Shown here piece after piece: positions 50,364 to 63,043 of a stretch of 64,000 bases of DNA. Below the pieces are notes generated by a model that did no database searches, was not told the origin of the DNA, and saw only the letters and a program-made list of their open reading frames with translations. The position numbers were made by a program, and so were the translations under genes. Within the stretch, counting starts at the first letter, position 1; every line of letters begins with the position of its first letter. Source of the DNA: Strigamia acuminata (lineage: Eukaryota); NCBI GenBank assembly GCA_949358305.1, contig OX442314.1, positions 8,990,001 through 9,054,000 on the forward strand. The letters are read 5' to 3'.

Positions 50364-51730
50364 TTAGCGTTTCTCCGCGCGGACGTGAAGAGGGCGCCAC
50401 TCGTGTGACCGAAACAACGACGACACCAAACACACTGACGTCGAGAATTCGAGTAGCTTCGCTGTTTTGTCAGAGTCCACTCGAACCAGACTCGACGTGG
50501 ACGAGGCTGCCACATTCCACGTGTGCGAGAGAAGACATCGTTGTGATTGGGGGTGCCGAAAAATGATGCGCTCGAACAACGAACAACACGATTGCGTCGC
50601 TATCAAACACCGACGTGCCCATTTGTCTGTAAAAAAAGAACGAGTTTTAAAGGAGTGAAATAAATTAAAATTAAATTTAAAACATGTATTCGTACATTTG
50701 AGGAGCAGATTAGGCGAATTCACTTTTTCTTTCCGGCGCTCGACTTTCCCTTTCCTTTCCTCTTTCTCTTGCTCCTTGCCCGTTTCTCTTTCTCCTTCCT
50801 CGCCAGTTTCTTTTCTTCGTCTTCGTCCTCATCACTTTCCGCATCGTCCTCAAATTCAGAGTTTCTGTAATCTTCGTCGTCTTCTTTTTCCTCTTCACAC
50901 CTTTCACCTGTTTCACGCTCTTCTTCCCGGCGTCTCTCTTCTCCACACCCCTCTCCTTCGTCGTTCTCGGGCTCGCCGACGACGACAAACCTCTCCTTCA
51001 TCAGCACCTCATCAACGAACGAGAAATCTTTATTCTGCAAATAAAACGGGAAAATCAATATCCGAAAAGTGTCGACGTAGACGCGCGCGGTAGATTCACT
51101 CACCGACATGTCGTTCCATTGGTTTAACATCCCCAGCATCCGGAGTAAGTGGGTCTTGATGTCGGGATCGCCCCAATACTAAAAAAAAAAATAAAAAATA
51201 AAAAAAATATATACATAAATAAATAAATAAAAATAAAAATAAAAATAAAAATAAAAATATATATACTTGTTCCGCCTGAACCTGAGCCCGTATCGTAAAG
51301 AGCAGGAGAGTAAGCGAATGAATGGAGAACCGCATGCTCCCGTCGCGAAAGATTTTCATTTCGTGGTTATCGTCCCAATAGTTGGGATCGCTGTTGGGTT
51401 CGCTGCCCCCTTCCGCGACGGGAACCACCCTCGATCGCAACACCCGTTCCTCTCCCTGCGCATCGCCTCGTTGAAAAGATGATGAACGTGACGCCGAATC
51501 ACCGTCGTTGTCGTCGTCGTCGTCGTCGTTGTCTCCGACGCGCTCTCCCTCTCCCTCTCCCATCCCCGGTGCCCATGCAATGCGATATCTGTGTTTGACC
51601 AACCAGTGGTCCTCTAGTCGGTCAACCACAGGCCTCGCAATGCAGAATGGGCACCGTTTCAGGGCCTTGTGCATTTTTTTCAACTTCTAGGAAACAGAGG
51701 AAAAAATAAATAAATAAATAAATAAATTAA

Positions 51731-51761
<31 letters not shown>

Positions 51762-54700
51762 AACGAATCGACTAATTGATTAAATACCCACCGGCAACAG
51801 GAGATCGGGTCTACGCGAATAGTCCCGCAGATGCTTCCTGACTCTCTTGGAGATTTCATCCTCGCGCTTAACTGCGTCTAGGTGGTGATGTTGGCGCCAA
51901 TGGCGGTACGCGTCCTCGCTGAAATATCCGTATTTCGACACCCCTAAGGTACGCGGGAGGGGAAAGGAAAAAAAAAAAATAAAAAAAAAATAAAAATTAG
52001 ACAAAAAATAAACAAACAAACAAATAAGCAAATGTATGTTTCTCATTACCCGGTTGTTTGGCGCACAGAGCACAATAGAACGACTTCCCGCCCTCTGTCC
52101 GGAGTTTTTCTCCCTTCTTTCCTTTCCCTCCACCCTGGCGTCGTTGCCGTGTTGGCACCGCCCCCGTCTCCACCTCCCCCACCTTCCGGAGCACCCATTT
52201 CTGGAACTCTTCGAACCGTCGATCCAACTCCATCGACAAGTTGGACGGAAGGTTGGACGGAAGCCCACTCGGTCCTGCCCTGCCAGACGGCACCACCGAG
52301 CCCTGGGATGCAGATGCCTTTCGTATCTGAAAGAAATGGAAGGAACGATTGAACAAACGATCAAAGACAAATAGACCAGACAGGTTACCTTTTCCGTCGA
52401 CCGCGTGACTCGAGTCTCCGACCTTTTCGACGCGGGTTCCCATAACGGTGATGCGGGCCGCTTCGACGCGGATCTTCGCGGCTTGGCGATGACACGCGCC
52501 AGTTGCTGTTCTTGCGGCGGCGGGGGGGCGATGGGCTCAGATGGTGGCACGGTGAAACACGGCGTCGACATAACCGGGCACGGCGCCGACATGACAGGAC
52601 GTGGCATTGGTGTGAGGATCGGCAACTGCAGCCGTTCCAACCTCACGACGGGGCACATTAAAGGCATTTTGCCTAATGTCGCCGTTGGTTGAAGTGGTGG
52701 CGACCGCGGCGGTGACAGGTCTGGTGACGACGGGACCGTCACAACGCTTGGCATCGTCCAAGTGCACCCTGATGTGCTGGGCAACGACTGGAGAAAAAAA
52801 AAAATAAATAAATGAATAAACGAACAAACAGACGGGCAAATAAATATACGATATTGCATGTCGAATCCAAGTTTGTGCGCGGGTCGGATTCATACGATCA
52901 ATCCGCTCAATGCGCGCGCGGCAAATTAAATTTGCGGGTTAAATTATAGTGCGCGCGCGGGAATTATTAATTTACGTCAAATCAACGTGATCGCTTTTCA
53001 ATTTCAAATTGGAACGCGATCACGTTGATTGTCAAAATAAAATGGTCAGTTACTACGTTACCTCGAATACTTCCTTTTCCACCTTCTCAACGGTCTTCCG
53101 TTTCTTTTTCGCACCCCCTTTCCTCACACACTTCCTCTTCTTCGGTTCCGTCGCCGTCTCCTTCTCCTTTTCCTTCTCCTCCACTGCCTCTTCCACCGCC
53201 GTTTCCTTCCACGTCTCCTTCTCCTTCTCCAACTCCACCTCCATCTCCGGCCACACTATTCCCATCTCCTCCACTGTCTCTTCCACCACCGTCTCCTTCT
53301 CCTTCTCCGTCTCCGACACAGTCTCTTCCACCGCCTTCTCCTTCTCCGTCTCCGACACAGTCTCTTCCACCGCCTTCTCCTTCTCCGTCTCCGACACAGT
53401 CTCTTCCACCGCCATCTCTTTCTCCACCTCCTTCTCCGGCACAGTCTCTTCCACCGCCTTCTCCTTCTCCGTCTCCGACACAGTCTCTACCACCGCCTTC
53501 TCCTTCTCCGTCTCCGACACAGTCTCTTCCACCACCGTCTCCTTCTCCACCTCCTTCCCTGACACAGTCTCTTCCACCGCCTTCTCCTTCTCCGTCTCCG
53601 ACACAGTCTCTTCCACCGCCATCTCCTTTTCCGTCTCCGACACAGTCTCTTCCGCCGCCCTCGCCTTCCCCACCTCCTCCACGATCTCATCCACAACCCC
53701 CCCCACAATCTCATCCGCCGTCCCATCCGTTTCTCTAAAAAAAAAAAATAAATAAATAAATTGTGAGACGTTGCGTGCAAGACCCGAAGAGCGCGTGGAA
53801 CTCACGTTTGTGGCAGGCTCGATGACCACACGGAATGCCCCGTGCTTTGTGATAGGTCCAAGGCACCGTCGTCGTTGGGTCCGTCCTGGTAAGAAACGAG
53901 TAAATATAATTACAAATGTGTGCATAATTAAAAAATAAATAAATAAATAAATAAATAAATAAAAATGAAAAAAGGGGGCCAAAAAGACGCCCACAATTAA
54001 AATGACTAACTTGTACTAAAAAAAAGAAAAGGAAAAAATTAACCAATAAATGAATTAAATTTAAATAGACCCTGACATTAAATGTGTCGGTAAAGAGCAC
54101 GCATTTGATGTGCGCGCCTAACTCGAGATGACGCGCGTTGGTTGGTCGTTTTCACATTTCGTCTGCGCCGATCGTGTCGGAAACATGAGAGTCAAGAACA
54201 CTCTTGTAAACTCGACTTTGATTCTTTAGCCTACCGTTGCAGTTGCGGGTTCATGGTCCGGTGCCCCGGAAGACGCGATGCATTGTGCGACTCGAAACAA
54301 GACGTTCGACATGACTTCGGACGCGGCCTGACAGGAAACAAGCAAATGTGAATATTCAAACGGATTGAAAAGAAAAAGAAACAAAACAGAAAAAAAAATG
54401 CATATACTGTATACAGTATATCTGTGATTACTCTGCGGGTCTTTGATAGCGCGCGGACTTGTTTTAAGGCGTGGGGATGAATGCGGATTTTGTGAATAAC
54501 GTGTGGGTCCCGTATAGCGCATGGGGCCGATTGTTACGTTTCCGAAACATGATCGTCGTTACGCGCGGGACCAATAGTCAAGTCTCCGAAGATATTGTTA
54601 AAAAATTGACGAAATGTTGTTGAAAATTGACGAATTTTGATGGAAATTGACTAAATTTTGACCAAATTTGACAAAAAAATTGGTTAATTTTGTTAAATAT

Positions 54701-56252
54701 TGACGAATTTCGTAATCTTATAATTTTTCATGTTTGTTTGAATTGAAGCGCAGGTCTTTAATAACGCACGGGACCATTTATTTTTAAATAGCGCACGGGT
54801 GCGCTATTTACAGATAAACGGTATCCTCGATTTGTACACGTGTCTTCGGTGGGACAATTTTAGTTCACGAATAACGCGCGCGGGCCTCTGATCGTACACA
54901 TGAGAAAATTTGTCCCCAGATAGCGTGTGGATGCACTATTTGGAGATATACGGTGTATAATTTCTATTTTTCTAATTCTAATTCACTCACCGTCCCTGCA
55001 TCTCCAACGATGGCCTCCATTATTGCCCGCCTCTCTATCAGCCTATCCACCCGCCTCTCCACCACCCTCTCCACCAGCCTTTCGTGGTACAACACCACCC
55101 TGGACTCGGAGGGTTGAGACTCGCTGAATTCCGTGTCTTGGGATTCCTCCAGCATCGGCTCTGTTGGTTGCGATTGCGAGTCGTCCAGAATCGACTCCAC
55201 TGGACGTCGTCGAGATGTGTCCATTGTGGCCTGATTAAAAACGAGCAAATATAATAAATAAAAAAATAAAAATAAAAACAAAAAATAAAAATAAAAATAA
55301 AAAAATGAATAAAAATAGAAAAAGAAAAAGAAAAATCAATTAAAAGAAAAAAAAAAATGGGGGGGGGGATGGGGGGGGGGGGAGGGAAGGGAGTGGACAC
55401 GTAAAACAAATTGAGACGCGGGGCGTCGAACGACAAAAAATTGGACGCGCGTGTTCGCGTATTTTCGCGCGCACAAACATGGGAGAATGGGTCACAATTG
55501 CGTCGATCGCGCCAGAACCAGCAACGAAAGCTTATCCTCGCAAAATTAATTTTGATTATGGGCCAATTCTTTCACTCACCGCCGTCGACGCTTCCACAGT
55601 GACCAACCTCTCGTCCACGTGCGGTTCCGTGTCCTGGAACGATACGAATGTGTATGAATAAATCAGCGTTTAAAAAATAAATAAATAAAATAAAATAAAA
55701 CAAAGAAAGTTTAGAAAAATGGAAAATAGCGGGTCCGTACCCCGGACCGTGCCCATTTCCACGCGGATATTAGAATTTATTCCTATCCCGACGTGGCCCC
55801 TCTCCACGGATCTCAGATTTAATTGTCGGAAGAAAAATTTGATCACTACTTTGCAATTGGCATTCGATGCTGTTAAATGGTTGGAGAATCGGGACCGTTT
55901 GTCATTGCTTAAAATTGGCACAGATAAGAGATCGCGCATAAATGGGACAAAAAAATTAAATTTAAAAAAATGAAATTTTTACACGTGATATGAATCAATT
56001 TTTAATGTCCGCGCGGAAATAAATAAATTATTTTCTATTTTTATTTCGCGAATTAGGCAGAAATATTTATTTATTTATGTGTTTGTTTATCTATTTTTCA
56101 TCAATAATAATAATAATAATAATATTGTTAATCGTGAGACAATTTTTCCACTCACCGTCATCGTGGTTGCAACTTCGGTTGACCCCTCCTCGGTTTCTAA
56201 TTTTTCATTTTCCATCTTCCCACCTTCCGTCTCTTTGTTTGCGTCGGATGTC
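50364..56252 (-). CDS. Multi-exon paralog of the 37313 gene: Glu-rich repeats, PxVxL motif, two atypical C2H2 fingers, acidic tract, degenerate PHD-like last exon
   Basis: In-frame spliced exons at about 53733-53062, 52788-52390, 52326-52050, 51943-51792, 51686-51268, 51178-51102 and 51034-50725. Probable upstream exons at 55230-54990 and 56252-56156. Motifs YCALC..HWRQHH and CPFC..HWLVKH. The gene ends are uncertain. Confidence 0.65.
53270..53660 (-). repeat. Coding tandem repeat (mostly 39 bp) encoding EETVSETEKEKAV
   Basis: About 9-10 copies visible in DNA and in ORF 53053-53994. Confidence 0.9.
54414..54821. mobile_element. Possible TA-flanked MITE in an intron
   Basis: Imperfect TIRs cagtatatctgt / acagataaacgg with TA on both sides. 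Confidence 0.4.
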
Positions 56253-57130
56253 TGTAAGGGAGAGAAAATAAAAAATAAAAATAAAAATAAAAACATTTTT
56301 CGTTTGTGTCGGCATATTCCGCTCTAAACGCGCGATTTGAAAACGACCACAAATCCGTGCTCGACGACGGTGCGTGGCAACGAGTGGACCAATACGGTAT
56401 ACACGTGTGCATATGAATCGATGAATCGTGTATAAATCAATAAATAAAAAATGTATACATTCGTCTAATTTTAATAAACCTCGTTCGCCGTCGATCGGGT
56501 AAAAATCATCCACGTTACACCGCAAACGCTCACTCACGTACACTCCCGCGACCAAACACAAAAATCCATGCGCGTTGTTCGACGACCACATGTGTGCACA
56601 CGTACGACCACGGACGCGATTCATTGACAAAAATATCGCAAAAATTCGTAAAAGCCGCCCAAATTTACCTGCGGAGACGCGACCGAGCATAAACTTCCCG
56701 CTTCCATTTCCAGTTCATGTATGCTCGCTACCAGTTTGTTGACGCGACACCTGTTGGCGATTCCGCGAATGATTTTGATTCAAAGTCTCCGATTTACACC
56801 CGTTTTTAAGAGCTACGATGTTTTGGTTTTGGAGTCGGCTATGTGATCGTTTTTTAATTAAAAACGAAACAATTTTGGGTCAGACGATAATATTTTGGGC
56901 TCCGTTATAATTTCGAGCGCGCGATCGTGAGCGGGGTGCTGTGATGCCCACTTCACTCCAGTCGCGTTTAAACAAACCAACAAGTTCGGGTTTCTGTCCC
57001 CTTTACTCATTTGTTTATTTTGGAGTTTTTATCGTGGGTCAAAAACGTTGACCAGAGGCGACGTCACATGTACAAAAGGGCAATAAAAGTACAAGTTTAC
57101 TCGAATGGAGAAAACATTGCGTATATATAA

Positions 57131-57168
<38 letters not shown>

Positions 57169-58968
57169 TTATTTATTTACTGTCTACGCGCGGCCACATA
57201 AATAAATTCAATGGGAACCCCGTGGAATCGTGTGTTGCATTCACGCCCAATAGATGGCGTTGTTTATTTATTTATTTATTTATTTATTTATTTTAACTAA
57301 TGCAGGTGTAACATCCGGTTGGTCCGGCGTGCGACGAGAGACTGGGCGGTGTTTAAGTTTGACTGTTTATTATCGACGAATAGAGTAAACAATAAGTAAA
57401 TTCTTCGAAGACGGAGAACATCGGGAGAAGTGGGTAACACTAAAACTCGATTGAAACGGGCAAAAGACGGTAGAGAGGCGCTAATAAATCCGTTCGAGTG
57501 ACATCGGGTCGTGAAAACGACCTAACTAGCTTCGATTAACTGGCAGGAACTAATAAACGTTTATTCGAGTCGACAGTCTAAACGGGCATAAACTGTCTAA
57601 AAGTGATGGTGACGGGAGCAGTTCGGGACGGGAATTGGTAAAACCCGAAAACAGAGAAGACTCGCAACAAAAGCAATGGCCGCCGTTGGAAACGACGAGA
57701 AATAAGCGTCAGCGGATGAAGACAAACTAGGTCGGAGCCCGGGAGGAAAAAAAAGCCGCGAAAACAAGCACAACAGGTGAGTAAAATTCGGATGCCTGAG
57801 TTCAAATAAATCCCGGGGAAATAAACTGAAGAGTGTACGTTTTTTCTAGGACAATAATGCGGGTCCATCGGGGAGAGAATAGGACGCACCGCGGTCCTCT
57901 CACAACTATATTGGAAATAGAAAGGGACAACGAGGACGCATTTGTCGACAACGAAGCGACAGAGAGTGGAAAATAGGAAAGGAAGGGCAATTAGATGAGT
58001 TCTTTTTACATCACATACTTCTGACAGCGTATTAAAAAACAGATTGTTCTCATTTTTGCAGGAAACACGATGCGCAGACGGTTTGCTACGTGTCATTCTC
58101 GGTTGCTCGCGACAGGTGCCACACGGAGTCCTCGCGTCGTTCTTGCGTGTTGACACACATACATACTCGCGCGCAGCATACACACAAGGCCATTCGAATC
58201 GATGTTACAGAATCTGGAAGAAATTTAACGAATTTGCGTGCATTGTTTTTCGCACAACGTTGCTGAAGGACCGTTCATCCATCGAAATTACGGGTGCATG
58301 TAGAAAAAAACTGATTTATGACTTTATTTCTATTTTTCATACAGGTTAACGATGTTAAACCGAGTGAAATAATGCGGATCGAATCTTTTTAATACGAGTT
58401 GATTTATTTGGTTTGAACGAATTGAATTAATTTATCTTGAATTTCAGGTGGAAGAAAAACAAGTGACCGACTAGATATAAAATCGAGTGTTTCGCGACAC
58501 CTGGAACGAAACGAGTTGTTGGATGGGTGAAATATGATCAGAAAATGTATAAATATTTGAATTTTAACCAGACGTTTTATGATTGCAGGATTTTGTTAAA
58601 CTGATTGATTAATTGCAACCTAGACGTGGCGTGTTGCCTCCTAGTGGACGATGGTATCAGCTCCTGGTGCGTCAACAAGAAGGACGTGCAGTCTGTGTCT
58701 CCTCTACGACGACACCGAGTCTGGTCGCTCGAAATGCTCCGTTGCGATGCCGGGCAATGGGCCGCTCAGCACGTACACGCTCGTCGACGGCGCGCGTCCC
58801 ATCGCTGCGGACCCGGGGTGCTGCAAGGAGAAGACAGGCAGACGGATAGATGGAATTAATAATTAAATTGAAAATTTGATTCAACTTTTGGGGTGACTAA
58901 AACTCAAAGACAAAGTTTGTAATTTACTCGCATCGAAAGATAAATTAGTTGTTGTTGTTGTTGTTGTT

Positions 58969-58999
<31 letters not shown>

Positions 59000-59019
59000 C
59001 AAAATACTATTTATTAATA

Positions 59020-61560
59020 AAATGTTACACGATGATTGTTCCACATTGATTATTTGTTGATTATTTGTTTTACAATTACACTTTCAATTCTCGGTGAGCA
59101 GTTCTTTGCGTTCCGACGCGTCGCTATCGAGATTGATGTCGGGTCTCGTTCGATTGGCTGCGTTCAAATCAATCAAAACTGTGAACACAGGGCCAACGCA
59201 AATCGCGAAATCCACACGCCCATCAATCAATCAACCACGGAGTTTAAATAAATGAATAAACAAATAATTTAATAAATGAACAATGCCGACACCGCGGAAG
59301 CATGTTTCCGAACGTTTCGGTGCCGACGCGCATTCGTGAGTAAAGCGCATGTCGACTTACCGGCGAGATCGCGTCACCCGTTAATAGTACGCGCGTTTGA
59401 ACGCGGCCTAGTGCGCGACGAGGCGCGCAATGCGGGGTAGAAGAGCGGGCATCGTTTCCACCGCGTATTACGACATTTACGGGGGCGGGTCGCAGGGATA
59501 AATTAACACGAGTCGAATCGAATCGAATCAACCCGACAGGAGCTTTTTTTTGGAACAATGTGTCGGGGCTGCCGGCGCTCGTCCGTCGACACCAGCTGCC
59601 CCTATTTGCCGCGAATGCGACCCTTTGCACGACCCTTTGTACCGTGCAAACCGGCACTGGTTTGGCCGATGACAACACAGGATAGATTAAAAGTGATGAG
59701 ACAAATCCACCACCGGAACCCTCCGAATATCCGCGAGGACCCGGAACGGTCTGAAACCGTTTGTTTGTTTGTCTGTTTGTTTGCAAATCCATCGAACGTA
59801 GTGACGAAAACTCACTTCTCCTACGCTGGCGCGTCGAGTACAATGGGGTGAAAATAAAATCGTAAACCAATAGAGGCGTTCGTGGCCTCGTTTCGTGCAA
59901 CACTTGTCACCGATTTCTATTCTTTTATTTAACTCGACACGATCGTTTGCGCGCGGGATTTGACGCCCGTTCGCGTAATCCGCGTCCTTTAATGGACGCC
60001 AAAAATGTTTGTTGCGACGGTAGCGCGTTCTGGCGGCAATTTAGCGCAATGAAGCGCGATCACGGCGGACCAGAGAGAGAGAGAAAGAGAAATCGACACG
60101 ACTCGACGGGAACTTATTTTTGGAACAAATTTATTGGGGGCTGCCGTCACCAGCTGCCCCGTATGCCCGTATGCCGATGCAATAGAGAAAACACTTTTTA
60201 CAACGCATAAATGACATCTACTCCACCACGAACACCCCGAGGGTATTGAGACACGAAAAGGACGAAACAGGTCCGTTTAAGCGCTCAGCGCTTGATGGCT
60301 CCTTGTTCGAAACAAGTGTGTCTGGTCTGGGTTTGAAAATGTCCGCAGAGTCGGTCGAATCCAACGACAACAACTGCGTCGCCGGGGATGGTGCGAGGCG
60401 TCCGGAAGCCAGTTCTAAAATGTAAAATGTAATTTGTTTTCAATTTTTTTGTTGGGATCGACCCCAACGAAGATAATCTCATTAAACAATGGAGCACGAA
60501 CCGCGAAACTGATCCCATGATCGGGAAATCGAACTCCAGTCGTCCGCCCATCGTCGATCGCCAGGTATCTTTAAGCGATAAACATGTCGCGCCTCGAGAG
60601 TTCGTGGATCTGATCTGACTTAATCTGACCTGGATCGAACCCGAATTTGAATCTTAATTTTACGTATTTTTTAGCGTTTCAACATTACGTCAGTTTCCTT
60701 TTATTCAACAATTATACTTTTAATTTTCGTCGATAGTTATTTGCATTCCGACGCGTTGCTATCGAATTTGACGTCGGGTCTCGGTCGATTGGCTGCGTTC
60801 AAGTCAGAATTGCGAACACGGGACCAATACACAGGCCGCCGTAACGCTAAAAATGAGGGACCTTTCCGCAATTTGCACACCACGAGGTCCGAATAGATGA
60901 ATTAATAAATAAGTAAACGAATAAACAAATAAATAAACAATGCCGACGCCGTAGAAACGTGTAGAAGCGTGTTTCTGGACGTTTCAGTGCCGGTGCGCAT
61001 CCGTGAGTAAAGTGTGCGTCGATTTAGCGGCGTGATCGCGTCACCCTTAATTGTACGCGCGTTTAAATGCGATCTAATGCGCGATGAGGCGCGCAATACG
61101 GGGTAGAAGAGCGGGGCATTGTTTCAACCGCGTAGATCGCAGAGATAAATTAACACGATACGAATCGAATCGAATCAACTCGACAGGAGCTTTATTTGAA
61201 ACAATGTGTCGGGGCTGCCGGCGCTCGTCGGCGCCAACTGCCCCTATTTGTCGCGAACGCGACCCTCCGACCATTCGCGTCTGGCCAGTGACGACGCAGA
61301 ATAAAACGAGCGCAATCAAACCGATGCCACACACCGGAACCCTCCGGATATCCGCGAGGGCCCGGAACGCTCTGAGAATGTTCGCAAAGTCCGGTCGAGC
61401 GCAATCTCAAAAACTCGCGTCGATTACATGGTGCGAGACAACCGGAAAAGAAAAAAAAATATATAAAACGGCGGATTTTCCACAAAATCTTTGTTCCAGT
61501 AGGTCGCTGCGAGGATAATCTAATTATTGGTCGGAACACAAATCGCGGAACCGACTCCAA
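59020..61560. repeat. Diverged direct duplication (59020-59780 versus 60700-61420), with further partial copies at 60100-60520, 63400-64000 and an inverted copy at about 34930-35100
   Basis: Shared strings such as ttccgacgcgt.gctatcga...cgattggctgcgttcaa, gaatcgaatcgaatcaac and ccggaaccctccg.atatccgcgagg.cccggaacg. Confidence 0.85.
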
Positions 61561-62360
61561 GATCAGGAAATTAAACTTTGATCGTTTTCCCTATTATGCA
61601 CATTTTTTGTTCCGAGTGGCAATGTCCGGTACGCGCGCGTACGTCCCCTCCCTCTTTCTACCCGGACACCGAGACCCGGTGGACGATAGGTTGTGTGGAC
61701 ACTCGGATATTCGGGGTTCGGTCCTTTGCATTTATTCATAATGAAGACTCTTCTTACGTACAACTTAGCGTTATTTTTTTTCCCGCGTGTATTGTTTGCC
61801 GTCGACATGTTTAAAGTGCGTGCCGACTCGATCAGCGACCAAATAAGCGGAGTTGTAAACCCACGCCAAATTGAACGACTGCGGAAATATCGTCGCCAGT
61901 CCACGCATGCTCCACTTGATTACTTACTTACTCACCCACTCACTCGCTTTCTCTCGCTCTCACTCTCGCTCTCGCCCTCGCTCTCGTCGACACCACGTTG
62001 CAGTGAAGCACGAAGCTTCGTTTCAATTGTCGCCATTTTTAAATCGGGCTAGAGCCGGGCAAAGACAGTTTGCGTTTGCAGTTGCGTGTTTAGTTTCGTT
62101 TCGTTAAACGTGAGTGAGCGAGCGAGTGAACGAGCGAATGAGCCAAGTGTTTTGTGGTATCATTTGTCAATTATTCCCGCCCAATTATGCACGTATTGTA
62201 TCCGTAAGCGCGCGCGCAGAAAAAATTTGTTTGTTTGGTTATTGTTGCTAACAGAAAATGAAGCTCAATTTAATAACCCATTTGTTTTTTTTTTTTTTGT
62301 TTTTTTTTTTTTCTTTTTCTTTTGATTTTATCTATCGCGTTTTTTTCTTTTTCAGAGACC

Positions 62361-63043
62361 ATGATGACAGGAACATGGAAGGTGAAAGGGGAAGGGGAGA
62401 CATCGTCCATCTCGGCGCCCGTTCTCCGTGCGACGCGGACTAGAACCACATCGCCGTCGTCGACTGCCGCTATCGCGTCGGTACCGCTCGATCCCGCTTT
62501 GTCCAAGCGTCCAGGCAGGCAGAAAAGGAGTAAACTGACGCTGATCAAGAGGGTACGCGCCACGTCTTGGGTTTTATTTATTTGCTTATTCTCTTTTTTT
62601 TTTTTCTCCCTTTCCCTTTCCAGTCGCGAAGAGAGACATCATTGCCGCCGCCGTCTTCACCTTCGGTGCTGCGGGAAGAGAGATTGGCAACAAGGGTCGA
62701 GGCGGTGATAACAGAAAAAATGGAGAATGTGGTGAAGAATGTGGTGAAGAATGTGGCGGAGAATGTGGCGGAGAATGTGGTGGAGAAGGTTATGGCGAAG
62801 CGAATGGAGAAGGTGTTGGCGGAGCAACTGGACAAAGTGGTTGCGGAGCGAATGGAGAAAGCGGCGAGATGGCGGGAAAAGAAGACGAAGACGTTGTGCG
62901 TGTTGAAGTCGGTGGGGAAGAAGCTAGAGGCGGTGCAGGCGGAGGTGAAGGAAATGGAGATGGACATGGTGGACATGATGGAGGAGGAAGATGGCTGTGG
63001 TTACGAAGGACTCGATGATAACGGCGATGAAAAGGAGTGGTAG
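62361..63043 (+). CDS. 2-exon Ser/Pro-rich, coiled-coil, acidic-tail protein; exons 62361-62552, 62624-63043
   Basis: Phase-0 GT-AG intron; open frame to the stop codon; 12-bp coding repeats (NVVK/NVAE). Confidence 0.72.

Noticed and set aside
32006..52943. TTAA-CCCG at about 32006 and 48414 and CGGG-TTAA at about 52940 as piggyBac ends
   Set aside because: Inverted complementarity does not extend beyond about 4 bp.
53009..53755. Plus-strand Ser-rich and Pro-rich ORFs
   Set aside because: Antisense shadows of the Glu-rich minus-strand exon, which has proper splice sites.
57307..59029. TGTAACA...TGTTACA as a solo LTR, or a coding gene at 57.3-58.9 kb
   Set aside because: No TSD (CAGG versus CGAT); splice-like sites exist but I could not assemble an open frame.
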